A DNA stretch of 64,000 bases from a virus (lineage: Duplodnaviria > Caudoviricetes): IMG/VR virus record IMGVR_UViG_3300042542_005523; one strand, given 5' to 3'. The translations under genes and the position numbers were made by a program. The notes under the pieces were generated by a model. It saw nothing but the letters and a program-made list of their open reading frames with translations, was not told the DNA's origin and did no database searches. Positions 21,533 to 32,108 of this stretch are shown piece by piece (position 1 is the first letter of the stretch; every line of letters begins with the position of its first letter).

Positions 21533-22364
21533 CGAAGAAACCGTAAAGGTAAAGTCTTATTCGTTTCTTAAAAGAAATGGTTTTGTTATAGCAGCTGTTA
21601 TTTTAGCTTTGTTACTACTTAGACAATGTAACGTAAGCGATAGAATGGAAGCTGAGGTAAAAAGAGAACATAATAATTTATTGGCTTCTCAGGATTCAGT
21701 GAGATTCGTCTCCAATAAGAATGGAAATCTGGTTAATGAGAAATCTGCTTATGAACTAAAGATGTCTGAATTATCCGAGGATAACAAGGATCTAATAGAG
21801 AAGCTAGATTTATCTAAGAAAAAAACACCAGAGGTTGTAATACAGACCGTTGTTAAATATATTGATGTTTTTAGAGACGTACCAACTAAGGTACATAAAG
21901 ACCAGACCGGACAGGAGTATGTAACCTTTACTCACAACCCAACACTACCTGGTCAGAATTCATTGAAGATTTCTGGTAAGATCCCATATGAAATTAAGAT
22001 AAATCAAAATGAGGCCGACCCCAAGATTGTAAGCGCTAATTTAATTACCAATCCCGCGGAGATTAACATGGAACAGCAAATATCTATTGTTTCTGGACTT
22101 TACAGAGATCCTAAAACTAAAAGGCTAATGACGAGAGTATCCACGGACTATCCTGGTATAACCTTTAGCGACATTAACTCATTTCAAATAAAAGATACAC
22201 CAGAGAATAGAAAAACTTTAATGCAGGAAAGAAAGAGATTCGGTCTTGGATTAAATATGGGATTTGGTTATGTTGTAGGTGCAGGTGGCATTTCACCTGG
22301 TGTTTATATTGGTGCGGGATTTCACTTCTCTCCAAAGTTTTTGCAAACAGACGGTTTTAAATAA
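21501..22364 (+). CDS. Membrane-anchored protein, possible spanin-like lysis protein
   Basis: Hydrophobic helix ending LLLLRQC (possible lipidated Cys), periplasmic coiled coil and a Gly/aromatic C-terminal membrane segment. Confidence 0.4.
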   Translation: MKNLKQVIRDNEETVKVKSYSFLKRNGFVIAAVILALLLLRQCNVSDRMEAEVKREHNNLLASQDSVRFVSNKNGNLVNEKSAYELKMSELSEDNKDLIEKLDLSKKKTPEVVIQTVVKYIDVFRDVPTKVHKDQTGQEYVTFTHNPTLPGQNSLKISGKIPYEIKINQNEADPKIVSANLITNPAEINMEQQISIVSGLYRDPKTKRLMTRVSTDYPGITFSDINSFQIKDTPENRKTLMQERKRFGLGLNMGFGYVVGAGGISPGVYIGAGFHFSPKFLQTDGFK

Positions 22365-22367
22365 TAA

Positions 22368-24152
22368 TTGATTAAAGTGGCTTATAGTACAACATCTAAA
22401 TTCGTTCAGCTTACACCATATCTACTAATGGAGTGGATGTATGCGGATCAACCAAATCCTGAGACGTATCCGGTAAACACAGGCACTGTAACGGTGGGAT
22501 ATAACAAGATGGTGAATGGATACATTACAGCCATTGTAAATAACTCGTCTATAGTTCCAACTAACCAGATCTATAATCTGGATTCTAATTATCCAGTGAC
22601 ACACAACACTGGTGAGAATAGCGTTGTGCAGATCTCGACCAACTCCTTTGTTACATTAGATCCCGGATTGATCATACCATTCAACGATTTCTCCGATGAG
22701 TTAACTCCAACTAACGAATTGGAAATTACGTTTCCTGGTAACATAGAGGTTGTCTACGATTCTATAAGATACCATATAGTTGCCGGCTATAACCTATCTA
22801 ATATAGATGGTGTTATCTTAAGTGTAAAATATCAGGATGTCAATCAAACATTTGTGACATTCTCACAAGCACTTATACAGAAGGGGACTCAGCAATCTTA
22901 TACTCTTAACCCTAGTCCACTTAAGATAGGGGCTAATATCTATGATAGATATCTCGAGGTGAAAGTTCCTAGTTTGGTTGATATGAACAATAAATATCAG
23001 GCGGCTGCTTCCTCTTTCAAAAGCCAAACACTTGCAGCTCTAACCAGTCAAAGTGGAAGGGGATACGTATACGCTTCTCCCATTAGGATAGAGGTTTGGA
23101 GTGTAGTTAGCAAATCTGATTATCTAGGATACGAGAGATACGATTCTGAATTAATTTCCGCTCTCTCACTAGAGAGTGAGGATCCTTTTTCTAATATAGG
23201 AGCTGTTATTAAGGAATCTACTTCGGGACAATTTTTTGAATATTTTGCAACAGACAATGAGGGATTTGTAGAGGATTTTATACTTTTCCAAAATTCAATA
23301 GGAAATAATTACTACATCAATCACCAAATAGAAACACTAGAACAAATTGGTGTTGCGATTATTACTACAAATACTTTCCAGACAATACAGACAACGGGGT
23401 ATGACGTTCCTAATTTCTATCGACCTATAGTTAGAAATTCTGCGGTGGCTGCAAGCTTCACCCTCAGATACACAATGTCTCTCGTAAACACTGTTGATAA
23501 TTCACGTGTGGTTAGAATTGGAACATATACGTCGAATAATCCGGGTCAATGGGGTCCAAATATTTCCCCAATACAGCTAAATACTTTTCCGCAGGTTATG
23601 AAGATCTATAACAAGGTCTATAATCAAGCGGCACTTAATATTCCTGGACAATCAAATCCAACTCCAACAGAGGTAGTTAGAACGAATAATCTTTTTATTA
23701 ACTACAGCAACATATCAACTACAAACATCCCTCTTATTATCCGTGATGGATCTATACAGAACGATACGTCTGCTGCACCAAACATTGCGCAGCCTTCTGG
23801 TAGATTGGTTGTAGATGTAACACCATTTGACAACTACTATAAGTTCAAGATGTATAAGAGCGGATCCGATGGTGCTCCTGTTGAGATAGATCTAGGTGAC
23901 ACTAGTAATTATAAGATGGTGTTTATAGATAACACCGGAAAGAAACTGTACGTTGCTTCTTTACAGGACAAAAATCTAGCTAACCCATCTAAGGGTGAGG
24001 TAGCTTTCAGAATGGACGATTCTATATCTGGAACCATACTTCAGCTGAGGGATCGAAGATTCTTCATAACTCAAGGTGGTGATCGGGTTAGTAGTGTAAC
24101 CAGCGTACAGTCAAATCCTAATGTGAACGTTACAGTTACTAGAAATACATAA
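22368..24152 (+). CDS. Virion structural protein (hypothetical)
   Basis: 594-aa ORF in the structural operon; start codon uncertain (TTG 22368 or GTG 22377). Confidence 0.5.
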   Translation: MIKVAYSTTSKFVQLTPYLLMEWMYADQPNPETYPVNTGTVTVGYNKMVNGYITAIVNNSSIVPTNQIYNLDSNYPVTHNTGENSVVQISTNSFVTLDPGLIIPFNDFSDELTPTNELEITFPGNIEVVYDSIRYHIVAGYNLSNIDGVILSVKYQDVNQTFVTFSQALIQKGTQQSYTLNPSPLKIGANIYDRYLEVKVPSLVDMNNKYQAAASSFKSQTLAALTSQSGRGYVYASPIRIEVWSVVSKSDYLGYERYDSELISALSLESEDPFSNIGAVIKESTSGQFFEYFATDNEGFVEDFILFQNSIGNNYYINHQIETLEQIGVAIITTNTFQTIQTTGYDVPNFYRPIVRNSAVAASFTLRYTMSLVNTVDNSRVVRIGTYTSNNPGQWGPNISPIQLNTFPQVMKIYNKVYNQAALNIPGQSNPTPTEVVRTNNLFINYSNISTTNIPLIIRDGSIQNDTSAAPNIAQPSGRLVVDVTPFDNYYKFKMYKSGSDGAPVEIDLGDTSNYKMVFIDNTGKKLYVASLQDKNLANPSKGEVAFRMDDSISGTILQLRDRRFFITQGGDRVSSVTSVQSNPNVNVTVTRNT

Positions 24153-24163
24153 TAAATTTAGAA

Positions 24164-24772
24164 ATGGCATCATCAAGAAATCAGAACGGAATCCCCGCTA
24201 GAAGACAATCTCAGTATTCTGTTGTTGGCGGAAGGTCAACTCCACAGGTGGTTTCTACACGTCCTGATGCTTCTAGCAATCTGCCAATATCCGTTGTGTA
24301 TTGGGGTTACTGGAAGCCAACAGGAACAACTTATACTATTCCCGGTTCTGCTATCGTAAGTGAATCGACACAGATCGGAGTGACAGCAGCAACAGGACCT
24401 GCAGCAGCACAGAGGGAAACCACTGTGTCTAGTCCTCAGGAATTACTACAGCAAGCAACTTCAGCGGGATCGTTCCTTTATAGCATAGGACCGCAAGCTG
24501 GCTTAACCGGCACAAGTGAAAATAACCTCACGAAGACACAAACAAAAACAGCAGCAGCTGCTTTCACAAACGCTGAGCTTGTTCAAGGTGTATCAGGTAT
24601 AGTTAGCGCTTTTAAGTCCACTGGATGGACTGATGCTGCTATAATAACATATTTTCTAACCCCCGGGAATCTTGGGTATAAGCAATTCCCAGGATTGACC
24701 ACTGCTTTGTTTATTCAGGCTGCGGGGACTATAATTAATGTTAGTTCTCTTTTAACTCAAAAAAATAAATAA
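24164..24772 (+). CDS. Hypothetical protein (T/A/S-rich)
   Basis: ORF fits tightly in the operon. Confidence 0.5.
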   Translation: MASSRNQNGIPARRQSQYSVVGGRSTPQVVSTRPDASSNLPISVVYWGYWKPTGTTYTIPGSAIVSESTQIGVTAATGPAAAQRETTVSSPQELLQQATSAGSFLYSIGPQAGLTGTSENNLTKTQTKTAAAAFTNAELVQGVSGIVSAFKSTGWTDAAIITYFLTPGNLGYKQFPGLTTALFIQAAGTIINVSSLLTQKNK

Positions 24773-24778
24773 GGATAG

Positions 24779-25336
24779 ATGATTCTTAATTCCAAAGGTA
24801 GTAATTTTTACTTCGTCTTTCCGAAAGGATTTTTTCCGGAGAGTGTAACTAATAAATACCTTCCTTATTTAAGGAAGCAACCCATTCCGTATGATACTAT
24901 TGCACAAATGATGAATAGTACGATACAATCTATAACCTTTCCGGAGCTACAGTCTGGTACCGTGGAGCAGACAAGATATCTTGGTAAGAAGCAAAGATAT
25001 AAGGGATCCGTTCCAATACAGGATTTATTTACACAGGATTTCACTGTTTCGTTCAAACTCCTCGATGGCTATATTAACTATTTAGTTATGATGGACACAT
25101 TGCTTTGGTTTCTTGATTTTAAAAATCCAATACAGTATGACTATGATCTGAGTATCAGATTGATGGATAATAGTGGTAATATAATATCTACCGTGGGTTT
25201 CAAGAATACTATTCTTACAGCCATCTCTAACCTCACATTAGGCTATACACAAAACTCTCCGGAGGTCCAAACTTTTACACTTAACTTCTCCTGTAACTTC
25301 ATTGAGATACATCTGGAAGCCAAAGAGGGAGTTTGA
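24779..25336 (+). CDS. Tail tube / tube-initiator-like protein (T4 gp19/gp54-like fold)
   Basis: Pattern SITFP...FTVSF...W....SIRLMD...ISNLTLGY....TFTLNF matches tail tube proteins; size 185 aa. Confidence 0.6.
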   Translation: MILNSKGSNFYFVFPKGFFPESVTNKYLPYLRKQPIPYDTIAQMMNSTIQSITFPELQSGTVEQTRYLGKKQRYKGSVPIQDLFTQDFTVSFKLLDGYINYLVMMDTLLWFLDFKNPIQYDYDLSIRLMDNSGNIISTVGFKNTILTAISNLTLGYTQNSPEVQTFTLNFSCNFIEIHLEAKEGV

Positions 25337-25342
25337 TATATA
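25335..25342 (+). promoter_or_regulatory. Putative late promoter box GATATATA
   Basis: About 20 nt upstream of 25363. Confidence 0.5.
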
Positions 25343-25362
25343 CATAAAGAAATTTAAACAAG

Positions 25363-25605
25363 ATGAAGAAATTTTCAACAGTTAAGGAATTAAACGAAAT
25401 GGAGTTTGCACAACCCCTTATAAACTCCAAAGAAAACATGATGGATCTGCTTGTAGCAGCTTCTGGAAATGATCAAAGAGTTTTGATTGACATTGTAAAT
25501 TGTCTAACAGAGGATCAAATGAAGAAGTGCTACAATAAGCTCATTAAGGTTTATGGATACACTGGCGCAGCTGGACAAAGAGTTGAGTTGAAGTCAAGAG
25601 CCTAA
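25363..25605 (+). CDS. Small hypothetical protein with CTS-like N-terminus (MKKFSTVKELNE)
   Basis: ORF with upstream GATATATA box. Confidence 0.55.
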   Translation: MKKFSTVKELNEMEFAQPLINSKENMMDLLVAASGNDQRVLIDIVNCLTEDQMKKCYNKLIKVYGYTGAAGQRVELKSRA

Positions 25606-25608
25606 TTT

Positions 25609-26331
25609 ATGATTCTAGTAGGAATAGACTTTTCCTTAAACTCACCTGCTTTTTGTGTGTTAGCCGATGGTAAGTACCATTGGGGATCAATCACTAGGTC
25701 TGACAGAGACCGTGATTCCCTTTTGAAGAACGCAAAGAAGCCTTATGCTGTTCTATCAGCTAGTTCCGATTTCAGAATAGAGTTCCTAGATAGAAAACCT
25801 ATTCCTGATGAATATTCGGAAAGGGAAAGAATAAAGATCGACTATTTCCTGGATGTTGTTCTGACTTTATGGAATGGCATCTGTGACATAATAGACAATA
25901 AAGGGGAAGAGGTTAAGATAGCTATGGAGGGACTTAGTTTTTCCTCTAATGGTAATGCATTGATCGATATATCAATGGCTACAGCGCTATTAAGAGAAAG
26001 AATATGCAGCCACATAGGAAGCGATAATTTCTACGTTTTCTCTCCTACGTCTATAAAAAAATTCGCTTTAAAGGGTAATGCTAAGAAGGACGAATTATAT
26101 GAGGCTTTGAGTACTAGAGAAAAAGACGGAACAAACTTGGATAATTTTTGTAGAATACTAGCAGATAACAAATCTGAATGGGTTACAGGAGCGAAAGCTG
26201 TGAATAAGCCGGTTGATGATTTAGTAGATGCAACTTGGATTTTATTATACTTAAGAGAAATATTAGAAGGTAAAAATGAGAAAAATTTGGAGAAAACTAA
26301 GAGCAAAAAAAAGAAACTGGCTAAAGCCTGA
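25609..26331 (+). CDS. RuvC-like Holliday junction resolvase
   Basis: ILVGIDFSLNSPA (catalytic Asp), AMEG, SIKK.A..KG.A.K and DDLVDA: RNase H-fold RuvC/A22 motifs. Confidence 0.85.
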   Translation: MILVGIDFSLNSPAFCVLADGKYHWGSITRSDRDRDSLLKNAKKPYAVLSASSDFRIEFLDRKPIPDEYSERERIKIDYFLDVVLTLWNGICDIIDNKGEEVKIAMEGLSFSSNGNALIDISMATALLRERICSHIGSDNFYVFSPTSIKKFALKGNAKKDELYEALSTREKDGTNLDNFCRILADNKSEWVTGAKAVNKPVDDLVDATWILLYLREILEGKNEKNLEKTKSKKKKLAKA

Positions 26332-26484
26332 TCAGCAGCGTTCTGCAGCTGTATCTAAAATCAATAGCGACTTATTAAATTTGGGAAACTCATCTAGAAT
26401 GGGCCAAATTATTACTGTCCTTTGCAAAAGCCACGAAACAAAAGTAAGTAATTAAACTTAAATAAAAAAAAACAATTAAAAATT

Positions 26485-27477
26485 ATGAGTAACTTGAATG
26501 ACATTTTCAATCTTGATGGCGACATGTTCGTAACCAAGACAAAATCTGGAGAATCTAAGGATTTGGAATTTTACAAGCCGTACCCCGAGGATGGTAAGGA
26601 CGGTGTGTATAAAGCACTTATTCGCTTCGTACCAAATCCTGCAGATCCTAAGAAATCTAAGGTCCATAAATACTATGTGTATTTGAACGACCCACAAAGC
26701 GGAGACGGCTTTTCTGTAGACTGCCCATCTACAGTTGGTAAGAAGTCTATTTTAAAAGACATCTTCTGGAAGCTTAAGAACTCTCACTCTGCTGCAGATC
26801 AGGAGTTGGCTAAGAAATTCTCTAGAAAGGAAGACTATTATTCCTTAGTACAAGTAGTACAGGATAAGAATAGACCTGAATTAGAGGGTAAAATAATGAT
26901 CTGGAAATTCGGTAAGAAGATCAATGATATGGTCGAGGCACAATTAAAACCAGAGTATGGTGACCCATGCAACCCATATGACCTATTCGACGGTAAACTT
27001 TTCGGAGTTAGCGTTAGAAAAGTTGGAGAATGGAACAACTACGATCTTTGTCAATTTGTAGGCGAGAGAGGACCAATCACCATCGATGGTAACAAGATGG
27101 AGAAAACACAAGAGGGAATGAACAGTGTTCTTGAGTATTTGAAAACCGGTCCTCAGAATCTTGGATCTTTTGAATATAAGGAGTGGGACGATAATTTAAC
27201 CGAAAAAGTAATGGGCATCATCAGAAGCACAGTACCAGACGGAAGACTTATCAATGAAATCGTTAGCGGTGTATCCAATGCATCTTCTAATGCTTCATCA
27301 GGACCAGCTAAAGCACCTTTTAAAGAGGACAAAGCTACTAGCGAATCTTCCGACTTCTATGCTGAGGTAACAACAAACTCAGCTTCTATGAAGCCAAATT
27401 CAGATTTCTTAAAATCTGAGACACCTAAGAGTTCAGGTGGATCTTCTTCACTAGAAGATTTATACGCAGATCTATAA
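26485..27477 (+). CDS. gp32: Single-stranded DNA-binding protein (T4 gp32-like)
   Basis: ALIRFVP, DCPSTVGK, IWKFGKKI, PYDLFDG.F, W.NYD and acidic C-terminal tail LEDLYADL. Confidence 0.85.
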   Translation: MSNLNDIFNLDGDMFVTKTKSGESKDLEFYKPYPEDGKDGVYKALIRFVPNPADPKKSKVHKYYVYLNDPQSGDGFSVDCPSTVGKKSILKDIFWKLKNSHSAADQELAKKFSRKEDYYSLVQVVQDKNRPELEGKIMIWKFGKKINDMVEAQLKPEYGDPCNPYDLFDGKLFGVSVRKVGEWNNYDLCQFVGERGPITIDGNKMEKTQEGMNSVLEYLKTGPQNLGSFEYKEWDDNLTEKVMGIIRSTVPDGRLINEIVSGVSNASSNASSGPAKAPFKEDKATSESSDFYAEVTTNSASMKPNSDFLKSETPKSSGGSSSLEDLYADL

Positions 27478-27491
27478 GATTTAAAATAATA

Positions 27492-27526
27492 GCAACCGGG
27501 GAGCTTGAGTTCTCCGGTTGTTTTTT
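27492..27526 (+). terminator. Rho-independent terminator
   Basis: caaccggggagc-ttga-gttctccggttg stem (with G:U pairs) plus T-run, after the SSB gene. Confidence 0.75.
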
Positions 27527-27531
27527 GTCCA

Positions 27532-28596
27532 ATGGAACCTAGTAAAATAGAATCACTCGTCAGGGAAGTCCTCAGTAGGGAATTCCCAGGATCCCCTAGT
27601 AAACAGAGGATATACCCTTCGGGAAACCGTCTTAATTTCTCGTGCCCATATTGCGGAGACTCTAATGACGCCAGAAAGAAGAGGGGTAACTTCTATATGG
27701 ACACTCAGGCCTATAAATGCTATAATGGAGGATGTGGAGTTTTTAAATCCTCCTTATCCTTCTTTAATGAATTCGGGGTTTATGGAAAATTATCCAGAGA
27801 AGAGATTTCCGAGATCAAGAAGATACTGGATGAAAATAGAGATAAGAGAAGACCGATAATAGGCTCTACTGATATCTCCATGTTCTTCGAAGATGACATC
27901 AACAAGTTCATTATACCCAGATCACAATTTATGGAAAGCCTGGGTTTAAAGGATGTAGCTGGTCAACCTATAGAAAGATACCTAAGGAAGAGATACCAGT
28001 CTGTAGACAATAGATTTGCATGGGATCCTAAGAAGGAGAAGCTATTCCTTTTCAATCTTAACAAGGAAGACAAGATAATTGGGCTTCAGCTGAGAAATAT
28101 GAATTCAATAAAGGGGTCGTCCAAGTATCTGACTTATAAGCTAAGTGGAATATGGGAAAAACTTCTATTCTGTAAGGACAGTGAATTCTTGGATGGCTGT
28201 CGAAAAATAGATCCTATCTCATCTGTTTTTAATGTCGCTACAATTGACTTCGGAGATGATATAACAATATTCGAAGGACCGATGGATTCCTGGCTTTGGA
28301 AAAATTCAGTGGGACTTTGCTCGGTTGAAAATAGATTCCCGTTTGATGTCGAAAATATTAGATTCTGGTACGATTGGGATAAGGCTGGACTTAACAAATC
28401 CATAGAGTTGCTCACGTCTGGATTTAAGGTGTTTAACTGGGGAAAATTTTTGGAAGATCACACTATAACAAAGAATAGAAAATGGGATTTGAATGATCTT
28501 GTCATCCATCTGAGAAAGACTGGTAAGAAGATCAGAAGATTCGAAAATTACTTTACTGACGATGTATTGGACTTGGGATACTTTATCGATGGATGA
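27532..28596 (+). CDS. gp61: DNA primase (T4 gp61-like)
   Basis: Zn ribbon NFSCPYCGDS...YKCYNGGC; TOPRIM FEGPMDS and YDWD; likely start is ATG 27532, after the terminator. Confidence 0.88.
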   Translation: MEPSKIESLVREVLSREFPGSPSKQRIYPSGNRLNFSCPYCGDSNDARKKRGNFYMDTQAYKCYNGGCGVFKSSLSFFNEFGVYGKLSREEISEIKKILDENRDKRRPIIGSTDISMFFEDDINKFIIPRSQFMESLGLKDVAGQPIERYLRKRYQSVDNRFAWDPKKEKLFLFNLNKEDKIIGLQLRNMNSIKGSSKYLTYKLSGIWEKLLFCKDSEFLDGCRKIDPISSVFNVATIDFGDDITIFEGPMDSWLWKNSVGLCSVENRFPFDVENIRFWYDWDKAGLNKSIELLTSGFKVFNWGKFLEDHTITKNRKWDLNDLVIHLRKTGKKIRRFENYFTDDVLDLGYFIDG

Positions 28597-28819
28597 TCCA
28601 AACGAGATCCGCGATAAAATGGAAGAATGGGAAAATAGAATTGACGATGACTCGCATCCCAAATTTAAATTCCCCTTGGAAATTAAGGATTCTGACCTTG
28701 ATGTGTTAAACACCGATATGAAAGAGCCTGACGTGAAAAAACCTCAGGATAAAAAGAAAACAGTGGTTATTAAAACCATAGAAAATAAAAATAAGAAAAA
28801 CAAAAAAAGTTTATTCTAA
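28589..28819 (+). CDS. Small hypothetical protein
   Basis: Likely start MDDPNE at 28589, overlapping the primase stop; abuts the next gene. Confidence 0.5.
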   Translation: MDDPNEIRDKMEEWENRIDDDSHPKFKFPLEIKDSDLDVLNTDMKEPDVKKPQDKKKTVVIKTIENKNKKNKKSLF

Positions 28820-29268
28820 TGGAAAAAGAGGAAAAGCAAGAAGACTATAAGCAAATGTTTGATAGGGAAAGAGAAGAGTGGAGAGAAAAAATACAGTCTG
28901 TAGCACTTAATCTAAAAGACATAAGAACGGTTGCAAAAGCACAGGTCGATCTTTTTGGATACAGACAAATGCTTCTTGAATACAGCTTTAAATTAGCCGG
29001 TATAGTATCTAAGCTTAATGCTAAGTACAGGGAGAGTAAATCTGCTAAGCTAAAAGAATACTCTGAGAAGACCGATGTTAGATACGGGTCTAACGAGAAG
29101 ACTGTTCTAATTGAGGGTGATTTAACAGCTTTGGTTGAAAAAATAGAACTCGTAGAGGGACATAGAAAATTCATGGACCAGACGGTTCAAACCGTGGATC
29201 ATATGTTATATGGAATCCGCCAAAGGATAGCTCTCGAGGAATATCTGAGAGGGAGTACGGTAAAATAA
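28819..29268 (+). CDS. uvsY: Recombination mediator, UvsY-like
   Basis: Helical 149-aa protein with EYS...Y...EK...IEGD...LVE...MDQTV..VD...YGIRQRI pattern, next to uvsW. Confidence 0.65.
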   Translation: MEKEEKQEDYKQMFDREREEWREKIQSVALNLKDIRTVAKAQVDLFGYRQMLLEYSFKLAGIVSKLNAKYRESKSAKLKEYSEKTDVRYGSNEKTVLIEGDLTALVEKIELVEGHRKFMDQTVQTVDHMLYGIRQRIALEEYLRGSTVK

Positions 29269-29303
29269 TCTCTATTTTATTCCATAGAGGAGATACATAT
29301 GAC

Positions 29304-29996
29304 ATGGATTATTATGTTTATGTCTATCTAGATCCCAGAAGTCCTGGGTTTTACCAATATGGAGAATATAATTTTGATTATGAGCCTTTCTATATAGGAA
29401 AGGGAAGAAATTGGAGGTTTAGAAATCATTTATTAAAAGTTAAAAGAGGTAAATATCAGAATTTGCCAAAATTTCATACGATAAAACAAATATTGGAAGC
29501 TGGGATGGAACCGATAATTATTAAATATATTGAAAATTTAAACGAATCAGAATCTTTTACCATAGAGGAGGATATGATTCAAAAAATTGGCAGGAGAGAT
29601 CTAAAAAGGGGTCCTTTAAGAAATCTCAGTAATGGAGGAGAAGGTAACGGTAACAGAAAATTTACCGAGGAACATAGAAAAAATTTAAGTGCTTCTAAAA
29701 AAGGCGTAGTTACCGAAAATTTAAAAAGCCATCTTGCTAACCTCCATAAAAAATTAAAGGGAAATAAACATACGCTGGGGCTTAAATTTTCCCAGGATAC
29801 TAAAAATAAAATGATAGCATCTAGGATAAAACCTATCCTTAAGATTTCCTTGGATGGGACAATTTTGGAGGAGTTTTCTTCCATAAAAGAAGCAATAGAA
29901 AAAACTAACATAAATCCAAAGACAGTTCTGAGAGGGATTGGAAAAACCGCGGGAGGATTTATCTGGGCCTATAAAGATAAAAAAAATAATGCTTAA
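29304..29996 (+). mobile_element. Free-standing GIY-YIG homing endonuclease (NUMOD3/NUMOD1-type C-terminus)
   Basis: YYVYVY...FYIGKG..R...H, EE.MI, N...GGEG; HRKNLSASKKG; KTAGGFIWAY; lower GC than flanks. Confidence 0.85.
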
Positions 29997-31512
29997 ATTT
30001 ATAGTATCTGACGATCACCAATGGCTTGTCCTAACCCAGTCTCCTGACGAGGTTGAGAAGAAGCAAATTGAGATATCGATGACTAAGAAAATACACAACC
30101 ACTTTTTCCATCCTTTGGTCAAGAAAAAAATATGGGACGGTAATGTCTGTTTCATAGAAAAGAAAGGACCATTCTGGAGAGTTCCTATAGGCTTGTGGAG
30201 AGAATTGATGCAGATAGGTGAAGAGTATAAAATAGAGATAGAGATAGACGGGCTAGCAAATATCATCAACCAGAAATTGACATTAGAAGAATTTACGGAG
30301 TGGTCTAATGAATTTTTTGATGATGCAGATAAAAAGCCCAGAGATTACCAGATAGAAACTGCATGGAAGATTATCAAATATAGATATTCTGTTTCAGAGG
30401 TAGCTACTTCCTCCGGGAAGACACTTATATCCTTTATGATATTCGCTTATTTGAAAAGCCAGGGCCTCATTAGGAAGTATATGATGATAGCACCTAATAC
30501 TAACCTTGTCATACAGGCAAGTGAGGATTTTGATGACTATGGCCTACAGAAACTGGGGGTTAAAATACAACAGATCGGAGCAGGTAATAAACTAAGACCA
30601 GGATGTGATCTAATAATAGGTACATTCCAGTCCCTAGTGAAACAGGAGGCTGAATTTTTCGAAGAAGTTGATGCTGTATTCGTGGACGAAGCACACCATA
30701 CTAATTCAATGTCCATCAAGAAGATAGTAGCAAAATGCATGCATTCCCAATGGAGATATGGACTTACCGGTACTTTAACAAAAAGAGGAACAGCGGACTA
30801 TTTAACCATACAGCAGTTTCTTGGTCCATTGGTTGTTGAGATACCACCTAGCTTCCTTTTTGAAAATAATTATGCAACCCCGATATCAATAAAGGTTGTC
30901 ATTCTAGATTGGCTCGAGCAGGAATATAAGGACAAGCTATCCGAATTGAAGCTAAATCACGGTAATATAGAGGGAACAGAGATTTATAACGTTGAGAGGA
31001 GGATGGTTGTTGAATCCAAGAAGAGGATCAACTATATTGTTGACTTTATATCGAAAATCTCCAAAAATTCACTGGTCCTATTTCAGTCTGTGAAGGACGA
31101 ATATGGCAAACAAATATTCAATCTAATAAGAGATAAGAATAACGATAAGGAAGTTTTTTATGTTGATGGTGACACCGACGAGAATTTAAGGGAGGAGTAT
31201 AAATCAAGAATGGGTTTCGGAGAGAATAGAATCTTGATAGCAACATACGGAACATTTGCGACAGGGATTTCTATTAACAATCTTCACAATATCTTTCTTG
31301 TTGAATCATACAAGAGCGAGGTCTTAATCAAGCAAAGCTTGGGAAGAGGAATGAGAAAAATGGAAGGAAAGGAGAAAGTTAACGTGATAGACTTTGTTGA
31401 TGATTTCAGTAGTCCCAAATATCAGAATTATCTAATGAAGCACAGCCTTGTTAGAATCGAGATCTATAAAAGAGAAGGATTTTCTTATAAAGTATTCAAG
31501 GTTAAGCTTTAG
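29989..31512 (+). CDS. uvsW: UvsW-like SF2 DNA helicase
   Basis: PRDYQ, ATSSGKT, DEAH, GLTGT, FATGISI.NL and QSLGRGMR; likely start is ATG 29989. Confidence 0.9.
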   Translation: MLKFIVSDDHQWLVLTQSPDEVEKKQIEISMTKKIHNHFFHPLVKKKIWDGNVCFIEKKGPFWRVPIGLWRELMQIGEEYKIEIEIDGLANIINQKLTLEEFTEWSNEFFDDADKKPRDYQIETAWKIIKYRYSVSEVATSSGKTLISFMIFAYLKSQGLIRKYMMIAPNTNLVIQASEDFDDYGLQKLGVKIQQIGAGNKLRPGCDLIIGTFQSLVKQEAEFFEEVDAVFVDEAHHTNSMSIKKIVAKCMHSQWRYGLTGTLTKRGTADYLTIQQFLGPLVVEIPPSFLFENNYATPISIKVVILDWLEQEYKDKLSELKLNHGNIEGTEIYNVERRMVVESKKRINYIVDFISKISKNSLVLFQSVKDEYGKQIFNLIRDKNNDKEVFYVDGDTDENLREEYKSRMGFGENRILIATYGTFATGISINNLHNIFLVESYKSEVLIKQSLGRGMRKMEGKEKVNVIDFVDDFSSPKYQNYLMKHSLVRIEIYKREGFSYKVFKVKL

Positions 31513-31523
31513 CGCTAATTTTT

Positions 31524-31531
31524 GATATATA
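31524..31531 (+). promoter_or_regulatory. Putative late promoter box GATATATA
   Basis: About 15 nt upstream of 31547. Confidence 0.55.
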
Positions 31532-31546
31532 GAATAAAAATTTCTT

Positions 31547-32101
31547 ATGAAAATCAAGAATTTTGACCGATTCATATCGGAGAATAGAAGATATTATAGT
31601 TCAGATCAGAGATACGGTCCTTTAAAGGGGAAGCTTTCCATTTTCAAGGACAGAGAAAGATCTAGCGATATAGGAAACTGGTTAGAGGATATAAAGGGAA
31701 GGGTTAAGAGTGAGATGGTAGCCAGAGCGGATAGACCAGGAAAGACTAAAAATCTAGGAGATCCTTTGGGAGTTTTAGGTTCGATATCTGGTTTTCTTCT
31801 TAATCTAGGAGCTGGAGTTAGCGATGCCCTTTTCGGAGACGCTAAAAAAGGAGAAGACTATAAAAAGAGAAGCAAAGAGGATTTAGACAGATGGGAAAGA
31901 AAAACATTTAGCGGGGATCAGAAAAAAGTTACAGATAAGGATGCTGCTAGTTTTTACATGAATGGTGTGGAAAGAGGCAAGAAAATTTTCGGTAAAGACT
32001 TCGATCCAGACAAACCAAAGACTGAGGAAGAGAAAAGATATGCTGAGGATCTATACGATGCAACATCGAGATATTACGGTAGAATAAATCAAAAGAGATA
32101 A
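31547..32101 (+). CDS. Hypothetical protein with CTS-like N-terminus (MKIKNFDRFISE)
   Basis: Charged ORF; the N-terminal motif is shared with other ORFs in the window. Confidence 0.6.
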   Translation: MKIKNFDRFISENRRYYSSDQRYGPLKGKLSIFKDRERSSDIGNWLEDIKGRVKSEMVARADRPGKTKNLGDPLGVLGSISGFLLNLGAGVSDALFGDAKKGEDYKKRSKEDLDRWERKTFSGDQKKVTDKDAASFYMNGVERGKKIFGKDFDPDKPKTEEEKRYAEDLYDATSRYYGRINQKR

Positions 32102-32108
32102 AGAGATA

